Below are positions 11,650 to 24,779 of a DNA stretch of 64,000 nucleotides, piece by piece. Below the pieces are notes generated by a model. The model ran no database searches. It saw only the letters and a program-made list of their open reading frames with translations, and was not told where the DNA came from. Origin of the DNA: Eledone cirrhosa (taxonomy: Eukaryota); assembly GCA_964016885.1 (NCBI GenBank), contig OZ024748.1:34224001-34288000 (forward strand), in the 5' to 3' direction. The translations under genes and the position numbers were made by a program. Each line of letters starts with the position of its first letter. The stretch's first letter is position 1.

Positions 11650-12470
11650 ATTGTTATACTTGGGGAGGGTCATATTGTTGTAATAATATTGCCAGAAATA
11701 ATAACAGAACACACTCACTGTTTTGTTGGTTTTCGCTTCTGTATCTTTTATATCTCCACAGTTAATTCATTTGGTCCTCAATGTTTATCATTGACTGACC
11801 AACGGTCAAAAATATGGATATAATATACATATAAACACATATATATAGTCTAACAAAGTTCTTTCGCTGCACATCTGCAACATCATCAGTGGTACTAATA
11901 TGTTCCTTCTGTTGTATTGTATATCTACGCCATTTTTATTTTATCTGTTTATTTATTTATTTATTTATATTTCTCTTAAGTCAGTATTGTTTGTTTGGGT
12001 GTTGTTATTCCATTCATTTTTTCTGTTTAGCTTTGGCCTTCTAAGCTCTATTTCACTTGCTTCTCTGATTTGCCTATCTGCTGGGTCCTTTCTATGTTTA
12101 GATATTATTTTAATTTCTATGTTGTCTATGTTACCGTCATGTTGTTGTCTGGCGTGTTCGATTAGTACTGAACCGTTTTTTGGTCCTTTTAGTTCCCCCC
12201 AGTGTTGGTCTATCATTTCTCCTATCTTCGAGCTGTCTCGCCTATGTATGTTGTTTTTATGTTTCTGCAAGTACCCTCTGTACATCTTATGCTATAGATT
12301 ACGTTTCCACTCACACTCGTGGATAAGAAGTTACATCATTTATCTATTGTTTCTTCATAAGTATATTTTAAACTTATAGCCTCGTTTAAATGATTTTTTG
12401 TGTGGTTGATTTATGCTGTTTGCGAGGAGAAATACTGTATATATTTTATCTAATGATTCTATGGACTTAC
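11650..12470 (-). mobile_element. PLE fragment related to family B (GIY-YIG remnant + degenerate HHR at ~11852-11893)
   Basis: ORF 11965-12285 contains ...LIEHARQQH...DRQIREASEIELRRPKLNRKNEWN. Downstream: CTGATGA-t(gttgca gatg tgcagc)-GAAA-gaac-TT. Confidence 0.7.
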
Positions 12471-12486
12471 TTTATATATATATATA

Positions 12487-13391
12487 TACGAAGTGGGTCA
12501 GAAAAGTTCCAGGACTGATGTCACAAAAGATTTATTTCAAACCCTTACTTCACACTAAGAGTTTCTCCTTCAAATAATCCCCCCTGGAGCCTAATGCACT
12601 TTTCCATCCTTTTCTGCCACGCTTGCATGCACTCCTGGAAGGATTCTTCCGGGATCCTCCGCAGTTCCGTCGTCACGGCCTTTTTGATGTCGTCCACGTC
12701 TTCAAAACGGGTCCCCTCCGGGTCGTACTCGAAATCCATGACTCATCACCGGTGATGACTGTCCATAGCAAGTCTGGTTCGGTTTCGAGACGCTCGAGGA
12801 TGTCCTGGCACACTTGCATGCATCGACCCTTCTGGTCATCGTTCAGCAGTTTTGGCACCATCTTCGCGCAGACTTTCCGCATGTCCAAATCTTCAGTGAG
12901 AATCTTCCAGACGCTATCCCGATTCATGCCCAGCTCATTTGCTATCAGTCGAACAGTCAGCCGACGATCGCTAAGCACCATCTGCCTGACGCGCTCAACG
13001 TTGACCTCAGTCCTGGTTGTTGAGGGCCTTCCGCTCCTGGGGTCATTTTCTACGTCCTCGCGTCCTTCTTTAAACCTCTTTCACCACTCAAAAACACGTG
13101 AGCGTGACATCGTCTCATCTCCATACACTTGCTGCAGCAATCCCAGTGCTTCTGACGCAGTTTTCAAGTTTGTTCGTTGCTCTGTGCTCATTGCTTGACG
13201 ACCTGAAACAGAGGATAGGTATATAAAATTAGGAAGAAAAAAGTTTGATCGCTGCAGAGAGCTACGATTACAGTTCCATACTCCAGGGGGGGGGGGGATT
13301 AATTTGAAGGAGAAAACTCTTAGTGTGAAGTTGCGGTTTGAAATAAATCTTTTGTGACATCAGTCTTGGAACTTTTCTGAAACACCTCGTG
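12487..13391 (-). mobile_element. Internally deleted mariner transposon
   Basis: TIRs YACGARGTG..TCAGAAAAGTTCC in TA context. Transposase remnants RRLTVRLIANELG...RKVCAKMVPKLL...ITGDESW are joined to the C-terminal GTRFEDVDDIK...W.KR.EKCI.LQG. Most of the DD34D core is missing. Confidence 0.9.
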
Positions 13392-13401
13392 TATATATAT
13401 A

Positions 13402-13560
13402 ATTGTTTCTACTTTTTGGCACAAGACCACCGATTACCCCAATGCATTACTGGTGCTTTATTTTATCGATTCTGTAAGGATGAAAAGCAAAGTTAACTCC
13501 GGTGGGATTTGAATTCAGAACGCAAAGGGCCATCACTCTATGCTGCAAAGCATGGAACGA
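13402..13560 (-). mobile_element. tRNA-derived SINE fragment (Meta-like central domain)
   Basis: Minus strand: B-box-like ttcaaatccc, then ctttgcttttcatcc...cgataaaataaagcaccag, then tail cttgtgccaaaaagtagaaac. Confidence 0.6.
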
Positions 13561-13721
13561 GTATTCTACCTTGTCAATGCCTTGTGAATGCCTTGTCAAT
13601 ATCCGTCTTTGAACTCCATATACTCAAAATTCCCATCCTCTCTGCTGTCTTCATTTATGTATGTATGTATGTATGTATGTATGTATGTATGTATGTATGT
13701 ATGTATGAATGTGTGTATGCA

Positions 13722-15360
13722 AGTATGTATGTTCTTCTGGTTTTATAATTTCACAAAGTTTTACCAATAGAGAGAGAGTCGGTTTTTAACATAGACACAA
13801 GACCCTCTCATTGGAATTTACACAACATCAACTAGGTAGATATGTATGCATGTGTAGATATGGATGTTATTGTATGTGTGGATGTGGATGTTTTGAGTTG
13901 TATGTGTGCATGTGTATATGCTTTGCATCTGTACATGTGTATATGCAGTTATTAGATGCAAAAAGTGTGGAATGTTTTACATATTTTTACTGTTCCATTA
14001 ATGGATTGTACTTGTAATTTCCTAACTCGTTGTGTCCTTTCTGGTCCTGTGAAGCCTAGCTTCTCAAGATTTGTATTGTGGCAATTACTAACATACCCCA
14101 GTGCCCCAATAATCACAGGCATAAATCTGAAGGTGTAATCAAGGTGGAGTATCTGCAGATTTCTCATCAGTTCTGCATAAATATTCTCCTTTTCACTAAT
14201 CTTTGATATTATATTGGCATCTGCTGGGCAGCTAATTTCCACTACTGTGCATGCTTTCTTCTCCCTGTCCCATATCACAATATCTGGTCTGTTATGCCTG
14301 CATTTTATTGGGGTTTTTACTGGAACATTCCACCAGTACTATTTCATATTATGTACATGGATGTCTTCCACATTGCTGTAGCTTTTAATGTGTTAAGGCA
14401 TATAAACAGGCGTTGATTTGCTAAAATGTTGGGGTTTTTTTCCGTCGTAAATATTCATCCCTATTTCGTCAATAACACGTAATATTTCATTATTTAGTTT
14501 TTTATTAAACATTGTCGTTTTAATACGTTCAGAAAGAGAGATATTTATACATGAATTAATTTCTCTCTGGAAGATTTCGTTGAGGGAAAATTTCAATTGT
14601 TTATACTTTTGATTATTATCATTATCGATAGTATTTTCCACAACAGTCGAGGTAGACTCGGATGGTACACGTGGTGTCAAATTTCTTCGATTATTATTAT
14701 TATTTCTACGATTATTATTATTATCGATAGTGTTTTCCCTAGCATTCGAGGTTGACTTAGATGGTACAGGTGGTGTCAAGTTTCTTACAGGCATAGTTGT
14801 TTCAAGGCGCTGTTCGACCTGGCTGCTAGGAAGTCTAGTAGCATGGCGACCTGTAGCACGTGTTGTTGATGGGGACTTACAATTAATAATATTTATCTTA
14901 TTTTTACGTTCAACAAACGTCGCTTGTTGGCGTAATTGTTTCGCTGTGAAATAATTTAGCTCTGGGTGCATTTCGTCCCAGTGTAGCTTCATTCTGTTCA
15001 TATAGCCAATGGAGGGATTGTTTTTTGCCATTTTATAACAATTAAATAAATCATTATTAAGTTCGCAACCCCAAGAGAAATGCGTTTTATACTTTCGGTT
15101 TCTTCTGTAGCTACAACTGAATAAAGTTTGTTTACCTTCCTTGTTATTTGTCTTCGGTACTTCCTTAATTTTGTTGTTGATGTTGTGTTCAGCCAAGCTG
15201 TTTGTAGCAAATTCTTGTAAAATGAATTATGTATTTAGTCGGATATCTCTACGAATTCGAATAAAAGGTGTCTTCAGAAGATATAGTTAGAAGAATAACA
15301 GTTATTCAACATGGCTGTAGTTGTGGCATTACTGTCGGAGATATTATTCATCTTAAATTT
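13722..15360 (-). mobile_element. R4/Dong-like RLE non-LTR element with the RT deleted
   Basis: N-terminal ORF 14393-15196 (IGYMNRMKLHWDEMHPEL...KQLRQQA) abuts the RLE part (HNRPDI..WDREKK.CTVVEISCP...GTVKICKTF) at ~14394. The 3' end lies in (ATGT)n. Confidence 0.75.
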
Positions 15361-15399
15361 AATAAATAGTCTCCCACGCCAAAATATGCGACTGATCGT

Positions 15400-15794
15400 G
15401 ACCTCTTAACCTTTGTCAAGGCAGAATTCTAGGAGAAGGAAAACTCTGATATAACACCTGCAACCCCGATGGTATCCAATGATGTTGACTTCTTTTTGGT
15501 AAATATCATCTTGGTTAAGAGAGTAGGACTGGCTTTGTGCAGTGCCTTTGCTCACTATAAAAGCTTCACGACACAGGCATTGCTTTATATCTGGAGATCT
15601 CTCTGCACTTGTCATCACATGGTACCATGGGCCCAGCACTATGTGTCAATAATTGTCACAAGTGTAGTGTTTGTACCAGAGTTTTCAAGTCGCTGGCTGG
15701 ACTAAAAAGACACACTTGTTCAGCGCATCGGTAGGGGTTCTCCTACATGGATATAAAGTAGTGGCCGTACTCGAAAACGAGTTGGCAGCCACCA
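15400..15794 (+). mobile_element. Non-autonomous RTE-derived element, copy 3
   Basis: Reverse complement of 3806-4205 with some divergence. Followed by (ATGT)n. Confidence 0.65.
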
Positions 15795-15880
15795 TGTATG
15801 TATGTATGTATGTATGTATGTATGCAAGTACGTACGTATGTACGTATGTATGTATGTATGTATGTATGTATGTATGTATG

Positions 15881-16010
15881 TTTTCTCTTTCTCTTAATTT
15901 CGAGTATATTTTTTTGACCGGCCACCTTCCTGGTGGCAAGGTTGTAAAAGAAAAGAAATTGTCATCCCTTGAATCGCAAGAATGTTTTGCATATTTTGAA
16001 GGTGCCAGCT
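15881..16010 (-). mobile_element. Extreme 3' fragment of another R4/Dong-like subfamily
   Basis: Minus strand encodes AGTFKICKTFLRFKG-stop, similar to GTVKICKTF of the neighbouring copies. Bounded by (ATGT)n on both sides. Confidence 0.6.
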
Positions 16011-16089
16011 ATGTATGTATGTATGTATGTATGTATGTATGTATGTATGTATGTATGTATGTATGTATGTATGTATGTATGTATGTATG

Positions 16090-17385
16090 CAAGTATGTAT
16101 GTTCTGTTTTATAATTATATGTATGTTCTGTTTTATAATTTCACAAACTTTTTCCCACTAGAGAGAGAGTCGGTTTCTAACATAGACACAAGACTCTCTC
16201 ATTGGAATTTACACAACATCAACTAGGTAGATATGTATGTATGCATGTGTAGATATGGATGTTATTGTGTGTGTGGATGTGGATGTTTTGAGTTGTATGT
16301 GTGCATGTGTATATGCTTTCTTGCTGTACATGTGTATATGCAGTTATTAGATGCAAAATGTGTGGAATGTTTTACATATTTTTACTGTTCCATTAATGGA
16401 TTGTACTTGTAATTTCCTAACTAGTTGTGTCCTTTCTGTTCCTGTGAAGCCTAGCTTCTCAAGATTTGTATTGAGGCTGTTACTAACATATCCCAGTGTC
16501 CCAATAATCACAGGCATAAATCTGAAGGTGTAATCAGGGTGGAGTATCTGCAGATTTCTCATCAGTTCTGCATAAATATTCTCCTTTTCACTAATCTTTG
16601 ATATTATATTGGCATCTGCTGGGCAGCTAATTTCCACTACTGTGCATGTTTTCTTCTCCCTGTCCCATATCATAATATCTGGTCTGTTATGCCTGCATTT
16701 TATTGGGGTTTTTACTGGAACATTCCACCAGTACTCTTTCATATTATGTACATGGATGTCTACCACATTGCTGTAGCTTTTAATGTGTTTATTATCGGGG
16801 CTATCCTTTTTACGAACTGCATTGTACAGTGTTTTGGCCACTACATCATGCATCATAGGTAGATAGTACCGCGATGACATCTTTGGATAGCTGCTTATGA
16901 CATGGGTGATATCCTCGATGTTAGTTCTGCAGAGTCTGCACGTGTTATCACATCTAGGTGTCTTGCCTGCATCCCTATTTCTTTTGTGAATCAGGTATTT
17001 CGTGCTAATCTCCTGTTCCTGGATTGCAAAAGCGTATCCTGCAAAGTGGGAGCCAATATAGCGGTTATTGGTCCAAGATAGACTACTTTCCTTAACTATA
17101 TTACTCTCATTCTGGAGCTGCCTGGCAACATATCCATGCATGATTTTTTTGCTGATAGGCATGCAGTTTTTCATCCATGGATTCACTGCGATACTGCTGA
17201 GCCATATCCCTGGGTGTGAGTTTTTGATTATCACACAGGGAATATCTCTCGAGGAGTTCCTTCCGAACTCTCATGATCTTATCTGTTTCATGCAGATAGA
17301 CTTGCTCGAGAAACGGGCTCCTACGCTTCGAGGTTCGTAGATGTTGTCGGAGAGATATGATGCGACATTCAAATGTTGTCTGCAT
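16090..17385 (-). mobile_element. 5'-truncated R4/Dong-like non-LTR retrotransposon (zinc knuckle + restriction-like endonuclease)
   Basis: ORF 16347-17234: AIQEQEISTKY...CRLC...EDITHVISS...HDVVAK...HNRPDI...VVEISCP. Frameshifted upstream. (ATGT)n on both flanks. Confidence 0.85.
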
Positions 17386-17917
17386 GTATGTATCTATGTA
17401 TGTATGTATGTATGTATGTATGTATGTATATATGTATGTATGTATGTATGCTGAATTTCCGTCGGTTCCAACGATAAGTGTTTGAACAAGTTATTGTTCA
17501 TGCCCTGTACCTTCACATAATGGTCACACGTTACCCAATGTTATTTTGTTTCTTCAGAAACACAAACATCAGTAAACACTGCAGCAGTGAAGCTAATATT
17601 TACGGTCAGTTATAACATCCAAATCTTTAAAGACAACCAACATTCTTTAAACACCATTCAAACAACTGAACCTGATTGTAATATCACTTGGGATACTTTT
17701 TCGTCTATATTTGTGCAATTAGTTTAAAGGCATAACTTGCCCTGGGTTTGCCTCTACATGTTTTGTTGTGTCCCAATGTGTACTAGAATGAACGGTCCAA
17801 ACCTTAAAAACCGAAACCGTAGTGATTTCCAGATGTTTACTGAAGAGATGGGACTGTCCGTCTTCCCGTTGTTTATTCCATTGTCTTTGTCCTGTGCGCC
17901 CCCTATTTTGAATATAT

Positions 17918-18005
<88 letters not shown>

Positions 18006-18373
18006 GTATATATATACACGTATATATATATATATATATACACTGTAAAACATAAATATATCCCAATAACATTATTGCAGTACTGGTAATTGCTGGCCTT
18101 GTGCCAAAAGTAGAAACAATTATTGCATCGTTATGTGTTTTCGTTTAATTTCATACTAAGGTAACATGAACGTATTTTGCTTTGTAAAGAAAGAAAACAA
18201 GACTAAACAAAAACAACACAACTCGCAGCAGCCAGTCTAAATATTACTGTTTATCACTTCTTTAACGAAAAAATGTTTATTTTTTATTTGTGGGAATATA
18301 TCAGAACGTTAAAAGTTTAAGCAAAGGTCTCTCGCCCTCACACAACCATCCTACAACCTTCTTAAATCAAATG

Positions 18374-18416
<43 letters not shown>

Positions 18417-18438
18417 GTGTGTGTGTGTGTGTGCGTGC

Positions 18439-18549
<111 letters not shown>

Positions 18550-18764
18550 TGTGTGTGTAAACAGCAGCTAAGACACTCTTCATCTGTTCCAAGTATAAGA
18601 TTTCGCTATTAAGCTGGCCTTTCGGTTTAATAATCAGCTTTTTTTTTTGTTGTATTGATGGTTTTATTACTTTTTTGGTAGTCGTTCGTGTTGTTAATTT
18701 ATTTCTCCATGTATGAAAACAAATAAGACCATAACAACGCACACTCACATACATACAAACACAT

Positions 18765-18864
<100 letters not shown>

Positions 18865-18944
18865 TGAACGCCAATATAAGATTATTGTTTTTAATTTAAT
18901 TTCATCTGTCCTGAAAAAAAAAACAATCACCATTGGCATGTGCT

Positions 18945-18981
<37 letters not shown>

Positions 18982-19954
18982 AAATTCCTATTAAACACAT
19001 TATAGGAATAGATACATTTGTTAAGTTTATATATATATATGCATGTATATATATATGCAGGTATATATATATATGCATGTGCATAGCATAAGAAGAAAGT
19101 GAGAGTAAGAGAGTAAGGAGAGATGAGGTCTAGAAATATGATTACATGGTGGCACATATAGCAACTTCTGTCTTTCTCGCTCTTAGAGACCCATATCAAT
19201 GCAAGTATAGACAGAACAACAGCGACAACAGCAACATCAGCAACAACAGCAACAACAAGTAATTGATAACGGGGAAACCATTTCAAAACAGCCTATACAT
19301 CTCTGGTTATTATGTTGTTGAATATTGTTTCATTTTCCTTTTCTATTTCCCCTCCTTCTCCTAGATTTTTTTAAATCTCGTGTTTATAGCTTAGGTGACA
19401 GGTTAATAGCAAAGCAAACAATTGGTCGGAGTAGCTACCAATTTAATCAGACAATCACTGCTATACTCTTCCAACAAACTCAATTGAGGTATCGTTAGCA
19501 TTTCGTATCGCTTCTTACTCGCTTCAATTGTCAAGTACTTCAAAACATCGTTGAAAGTAAGAAATAAGAAACTACACCGAGAACATCTATAATTGCAGTA
19601 ACAGATATAAAAATATACTCACTACCACATACACATATACACGCATGGATACATCTATATACTCCATATACTCATGCACATATATACTATATAGACACAT
19701 ATACACATATGCACACAGACATATATATACTACATAGACACCTCCATACTAACACACACCCACACACTAACACTCACATACACCTCATCCACCCACACAG
19801 ACACCCACACCCACACGGATAGACAATTATGTTTATTTCAGTCTGGTACTTCTTTTATCGCTCTCTATTTGACGGACCGCTACTATATGTGACATAAAAA
19901 ACAACATCAGGTTCTCTAAACGTAAGCTCCCATACACACAAATACACACACACA

Positions 19955-20053
<99 letters not shown>

Positions 20054-20453
20054 TACAAGGTAATCATTTGATGCTATTTTATAAATTAATCATCTTTTCC
20101 ATGTGTCCAAGGTTCAAGAGTTATATTTCCTGTAGTGCCATCTCCTCTGACAGAGATAACAATGGCTCACTCTAATAATTTCACATTCTTCTTTACTCAG
20201 TACGCCATCTTAACCTCTTCTCAAGCTCTTCTTGTTCTTCTTCGTCTTATTATTATTATTATTATCGTTTTTATTATCTTCGCCCTCCATCTTAACCTCC
20301 TCTAGCTTTTCTTCTTCTTCTTCATCTTCTCCACCACTCATCCTTCATGAACATATTTTCTTCCCTTTCTTCCTTTCTTTACGTCTTCTTTCTTGTCTTC
20401 TCTCCTTTTCTAATCTTTTTATTCTCTCTCTCTCTCTCTATCTCTCTCTCTCC

Positions 20454-20491
<38 letters not shown>

Positions 20492-21289
20492 GAGTGTGTA
20501 TTTATTTATGATGCATGTATGTATGTATATTTGTGTATGTGAGTATGCTTATATGTGTGTGAATGTGCGTGTATGTGTGCATGTATATGTGTGTGTCGGG
20601 GTATATGTGTGTATATGTGTGTATGTATGTGTGTATGTATGTGTGTATATGTGTGTATGTATGTGTGTATGTATGTGTATGTGTGGGTGAATGTGCATAT
20701 AAGTATGTATGTTGTGTATGTTATTAGTTCCCTTTTTTGACCCATCAAATTTAACATTCTGCAATTTTTTTATTTTATCTTCCTCTTCGCGACCACCATT
20801 ACCACCACCACCACCACCACCACCACCATAACCCCCACCACCACCATCACCACCATCATCACCACCATCACCACCATCACCACCACCACCACAGTCATTA
20901 TCATGTATTCCAAATAAACGCCTGTTTAAAAAGTATCTTAAAGAAAAAATTAAATAATTCAATATGGCCGTTTTGCTTTTTTCTCTCACTTTCACCTGTT
21001 GCATCTCCCCCCACAACTTTCTCATGCACCGTTTTTTTTTTAATTAATATTTTATGTTTTTCCTTTTGTTTCTTTCTGTTATTGTTTCAGTTTTTCCGCT
21101 GTTTTCTTTCCTGTTTTCCTCTCTTATTTTCCACAATACTTTTATTGTTTATGTTGTTGTTATATATTTCTTTCTCATATAAGTTGTTGTATGAGTATTA
21201 TTTTCTCTATCATTGTCGTTGTTTTATAAAAAAAAAAAAACTATTTACAGTCACTGACCCTGTCTTTTGTAAAGTCTTTACTGTTGTTA

Positions 21290-21435
21290 GTGACGACGAA
21301 TTAGCAGAGTCGTTAGAACTGTGGATAAAATGCCACGTTGTGGGTGTTTCAGTTCTCTGTGCTCTGAGTTCAAATCCCGTCGAGGACAACTTTGCTTTTC
21401 ATCCTTTCAAAGTGTTGAGAAATCAAGCATCAATC
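21290..21435 (+). mobile_element. tRNA-derived SINE, degenerate
   Basis: A-box-like ttagcagagtcgttag, B-box gagttcaaatccc, then ctttgcttttcatcctttc. Same family as 13402-13560. Confidence 0.6.
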
Positions 21436-22117
21436 CAATACTGATCATTTCAGCCACCTCACTCTCCCCAACTTTCTTTTTTCTTTTTTCTTTGGAAGAG
21501 AAAGATGAGCTTCACAAGGTTTAAAATGACAAATACACACCGTATATCATGACAGCGCCCCCTATAACCCTATCAAGAGTTTAGAGTCCATGGACTCATG
21601 ACGATATGTTGGTTGCGGTTGTTATGACAACAGTAGTGATATAAGTTATATAAATTGTGGATGTTGTTTGTTGTAGCAGACTCCTGATAAATGTTAGTCC
21701 AGCTGTGACCATCCCACCTGTATATTTTTTTATTTCAGTATTTGTGGATCTAAGTGTATTTTTCTGAAAATGAAGAACAGTAGGGCGTGGTTTATGCAAG
21801 ATTAACTTTCCATTCCCTCACAGGAATTGGTTGTGTGCTTCAAAAGTTTACTTCACAATCACGTGGTTTCCGGAATAATTCCACAGCCACCTCGTAACTT
21901 GTCCAGACTTAATTGACGTGGCCCAAGACAGGGTGTGACCTATGGTTAAACATCATCAACAACAACATTGCATTTTAGCAAATATCATCAGACAAAGTAG
22001 AGCTGCTATAATACCACCTCGTCCCAAAGGTCGTTTCAACAAAAGAAGAACGAAAATACAGAAACATAAAATAAAAAAAAGGAATCAAACCGGAAAGTGT
22101 GAGGATATAAAACTGAT

Positions 22118-22153
<36 letters not shown>

Positions 22154-22252
22154 GGGGGGGGGGGGGTATGCATGTGTTGTAAACACAAAATATACATTGA
22201 ATAAAGTACTTTCATGCTGTTTATAGAGTTAATATAATATTTGATATCTGTG

Positions 22253-22288
<36 letters not shown>

Positions 22289-22635
22289 GTGTGTGTGTGT
22301 ATGTGTGTACACATATATAGCTGCGTAGGTACGTGAGCTGCTTGCTACTCTTATCTAATCCGCGTACAATCACCTTTATCTCCTCCTCCTCCTCCTCCTC
22401 CTCCTCCCTCTCCGCTCTCCGTATGATAGTGTTAAGTATTCCATGTCCCATTGGTGTTGTCACTAGAGACTATAGTATTGTGCCTCAATATATGTTTAAA
22501 CATCCACTGCACTAGATGCTGTCTTTGACGTGACGTTCACAGTAACCGATGGATTATTGATGGAGACTGTCAAAATAATTGCTTAATATAACCGCCATTG
22601 TTTGATTATCTGAATGCACTGCATAAGTGCGAGCA

Positions 22636-22667
<32 letters not shown>

Positions 22668-24779
22668 CGTATATATATATATATATATACGTATATATAT
22701 ATATATATATATATATACGTATATATATATATATATATATACGTAAATATTCTATATATATATAGAGAGAGAGAGAGGGAGAGAATATTTACGTATCGAG
22801 AGAGAGAAAGGGGGGGGGTGATACATGTAGTTATTTGCCAAATAGCGTATGCAGAGGGTGCTCAATACTAGTGCCGGCAGTGTTAAATATTAGAAGTGTT
22901 AATATCTAGTTTGCGAGAGAATTAGCAGAGCGTGATATATACATATATATGTATCTGTATGTATGTATGTGTGTGTGTGTGTGTATGAACATGTATATAT
23001 GTATGTTTGCGTGAGAGAGAAAGAGAGACAGAGGTTAAGTAGGTGCAAACTTATTTCTATCTTCTCATAGCGCTTTTTCGTATGTTCGTTTAAATATATA
23101 TACATGTGTGTGGTGTGTATGTGTGCACGTGCGCGTGCATGCATGCGTGTGTGTGCGTGTGCGTGTGTGTGTGTATACTAAGTGTTACTTTCCGTCATTA
23201 TTGTGTTGATATATTACAGCAGATTATGAACCATAAAGAGTTATATTTTCCCTTTTACTGCATTCGATTACTTTAATCCTAAATATGTCCTTTACTGTAT
23301 TGGTCACAAAGACCCTGACATGCAAAATATACTATTCAAAATGTGCCTCACAAAGAAACGAGAGGTGGGAAAAACAATAATACAATGTAAGACAAACTAA
23401 ATATTTAGTACAAAAACTAAATAGATGCATATGAGAGTAATTCATCCATAAAAAAGTTAAAAGACGAAACCTAGTCAAGATCTGGATAATCCATTACATG
23501 GACCATTTCCTACTCCGATCATATTTTGCAGTCCAGAATCGTCAGAGATGTCTGACAGAAACTCCGGCTTTAGTCGGGCCAAAAAGTAACCACAAATGCC
23601 CTGAAGCAATAGACAACTAATGTAGTGTTAACAGATCGTCTATCGTATAAGTTGGCCTCCTCATTCAGAAGAAAGAAAGCTTAGGATTTCGTTTGTGGAA
23701 ATTTCAGGAACTTTGTGGGACAGGACGGCCTTTTAATTTCGGCACACTCGAAGAATCCATGAAAATTGCTTTATACTGGGAACACATTTCAATCGTTTTC
23801 TTTGTTCGATAAGAAAAAATTGTCAGCTTTTCATATACTAATCTCTACGAATTGTTATTGGTGGTATTATTGCTGTTGCCTTAGTTTTCAAATATCGTGG
23901 AATTTCTAAAGGGCCAGCTAGTAAATAAATATAAACAATTAAATTTCTATATTCCATAAATCATACACAATTTTGAATGACAAACAAGAAAGCAATTTTC
24001 TTTTGTTGTTATTTTATTTATTTATTTTTGTGACATTTTCTGTTTGGAGGCATTTGAAATATATATATCTTAATTTCATCTACAGTTCTATAAGGTTTTT
24101 CTTTTTATATATTATGTTATATATCATATATTATATATATATTATACACACACACACATATACACACAAAAAACACAACAACAACGAATACATATACGCG
24201 TACATACATATATATTTGTACTTAATGTTAGTGAGTTAAGAAAAGGAATTAGAATTTGGGTTTGCATGTTTCTCATTTCTTAAAAAATATTTTGGTGGAG
24301 TTTCGGATCATGCAAACCCACATAAAAATTGTTTTTAATTTTCTATTATGATCGTTTTAAAAAATAGTTTCCGAATTTATATTTTGAACACCACAAATCC
24401 AGAAACTCCTAAACAAAAATTATATAGAGAGGTGGGGGAATTTTTTTCATGTTTTATTTTTCACACACACACTCACACCCTCCAAAAAAAAAAAGACTGA
24501 ACAAAATACTCGGATATTTTGCTTTGGAATATTCACTAAAAATTTCGTCGAACGGTGACGCATACAGCAATACTTATATTATTGAATATACATTGCAGTG
24601 GTTGTTTGGATCAAATATTTATTTTGCTAGAAAATTCTTTAAAATAAAGAAAATAATTAAAATTTTGTCAAAATGATGACGATGGTGGTGATTATGATGA
24701 TGGTGATAAGAAAGAGGAGGATAGTGAGGACAAGCGAATGAAGATCCAATAGCCTAAATAATTGACTGTCTATCTACGA

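Noticed and set aside
15240-15290. Possible hammerhead near the 5' end of the R4-like element (minus strand atatctt-CTGAAGA...gagatat)
   Set aside because: No pairing stem II, and GAAT replaces GAAA.
17835-17870. CTGAAGA followed by a hairpin
   Set aside because: No GAAA, stem III or stem I partner in the required positions.
19385-19562. Possible exon ending at a gtaag donor
   Set aside because: All three plus-strand frames contain stops, and no product is recognisable.
20549-21025. Gly-rich 158-aa ORF
   Set aside because: Produced by a (CCA)n trinucleotide repeat plus a CA/TA microsatellite.
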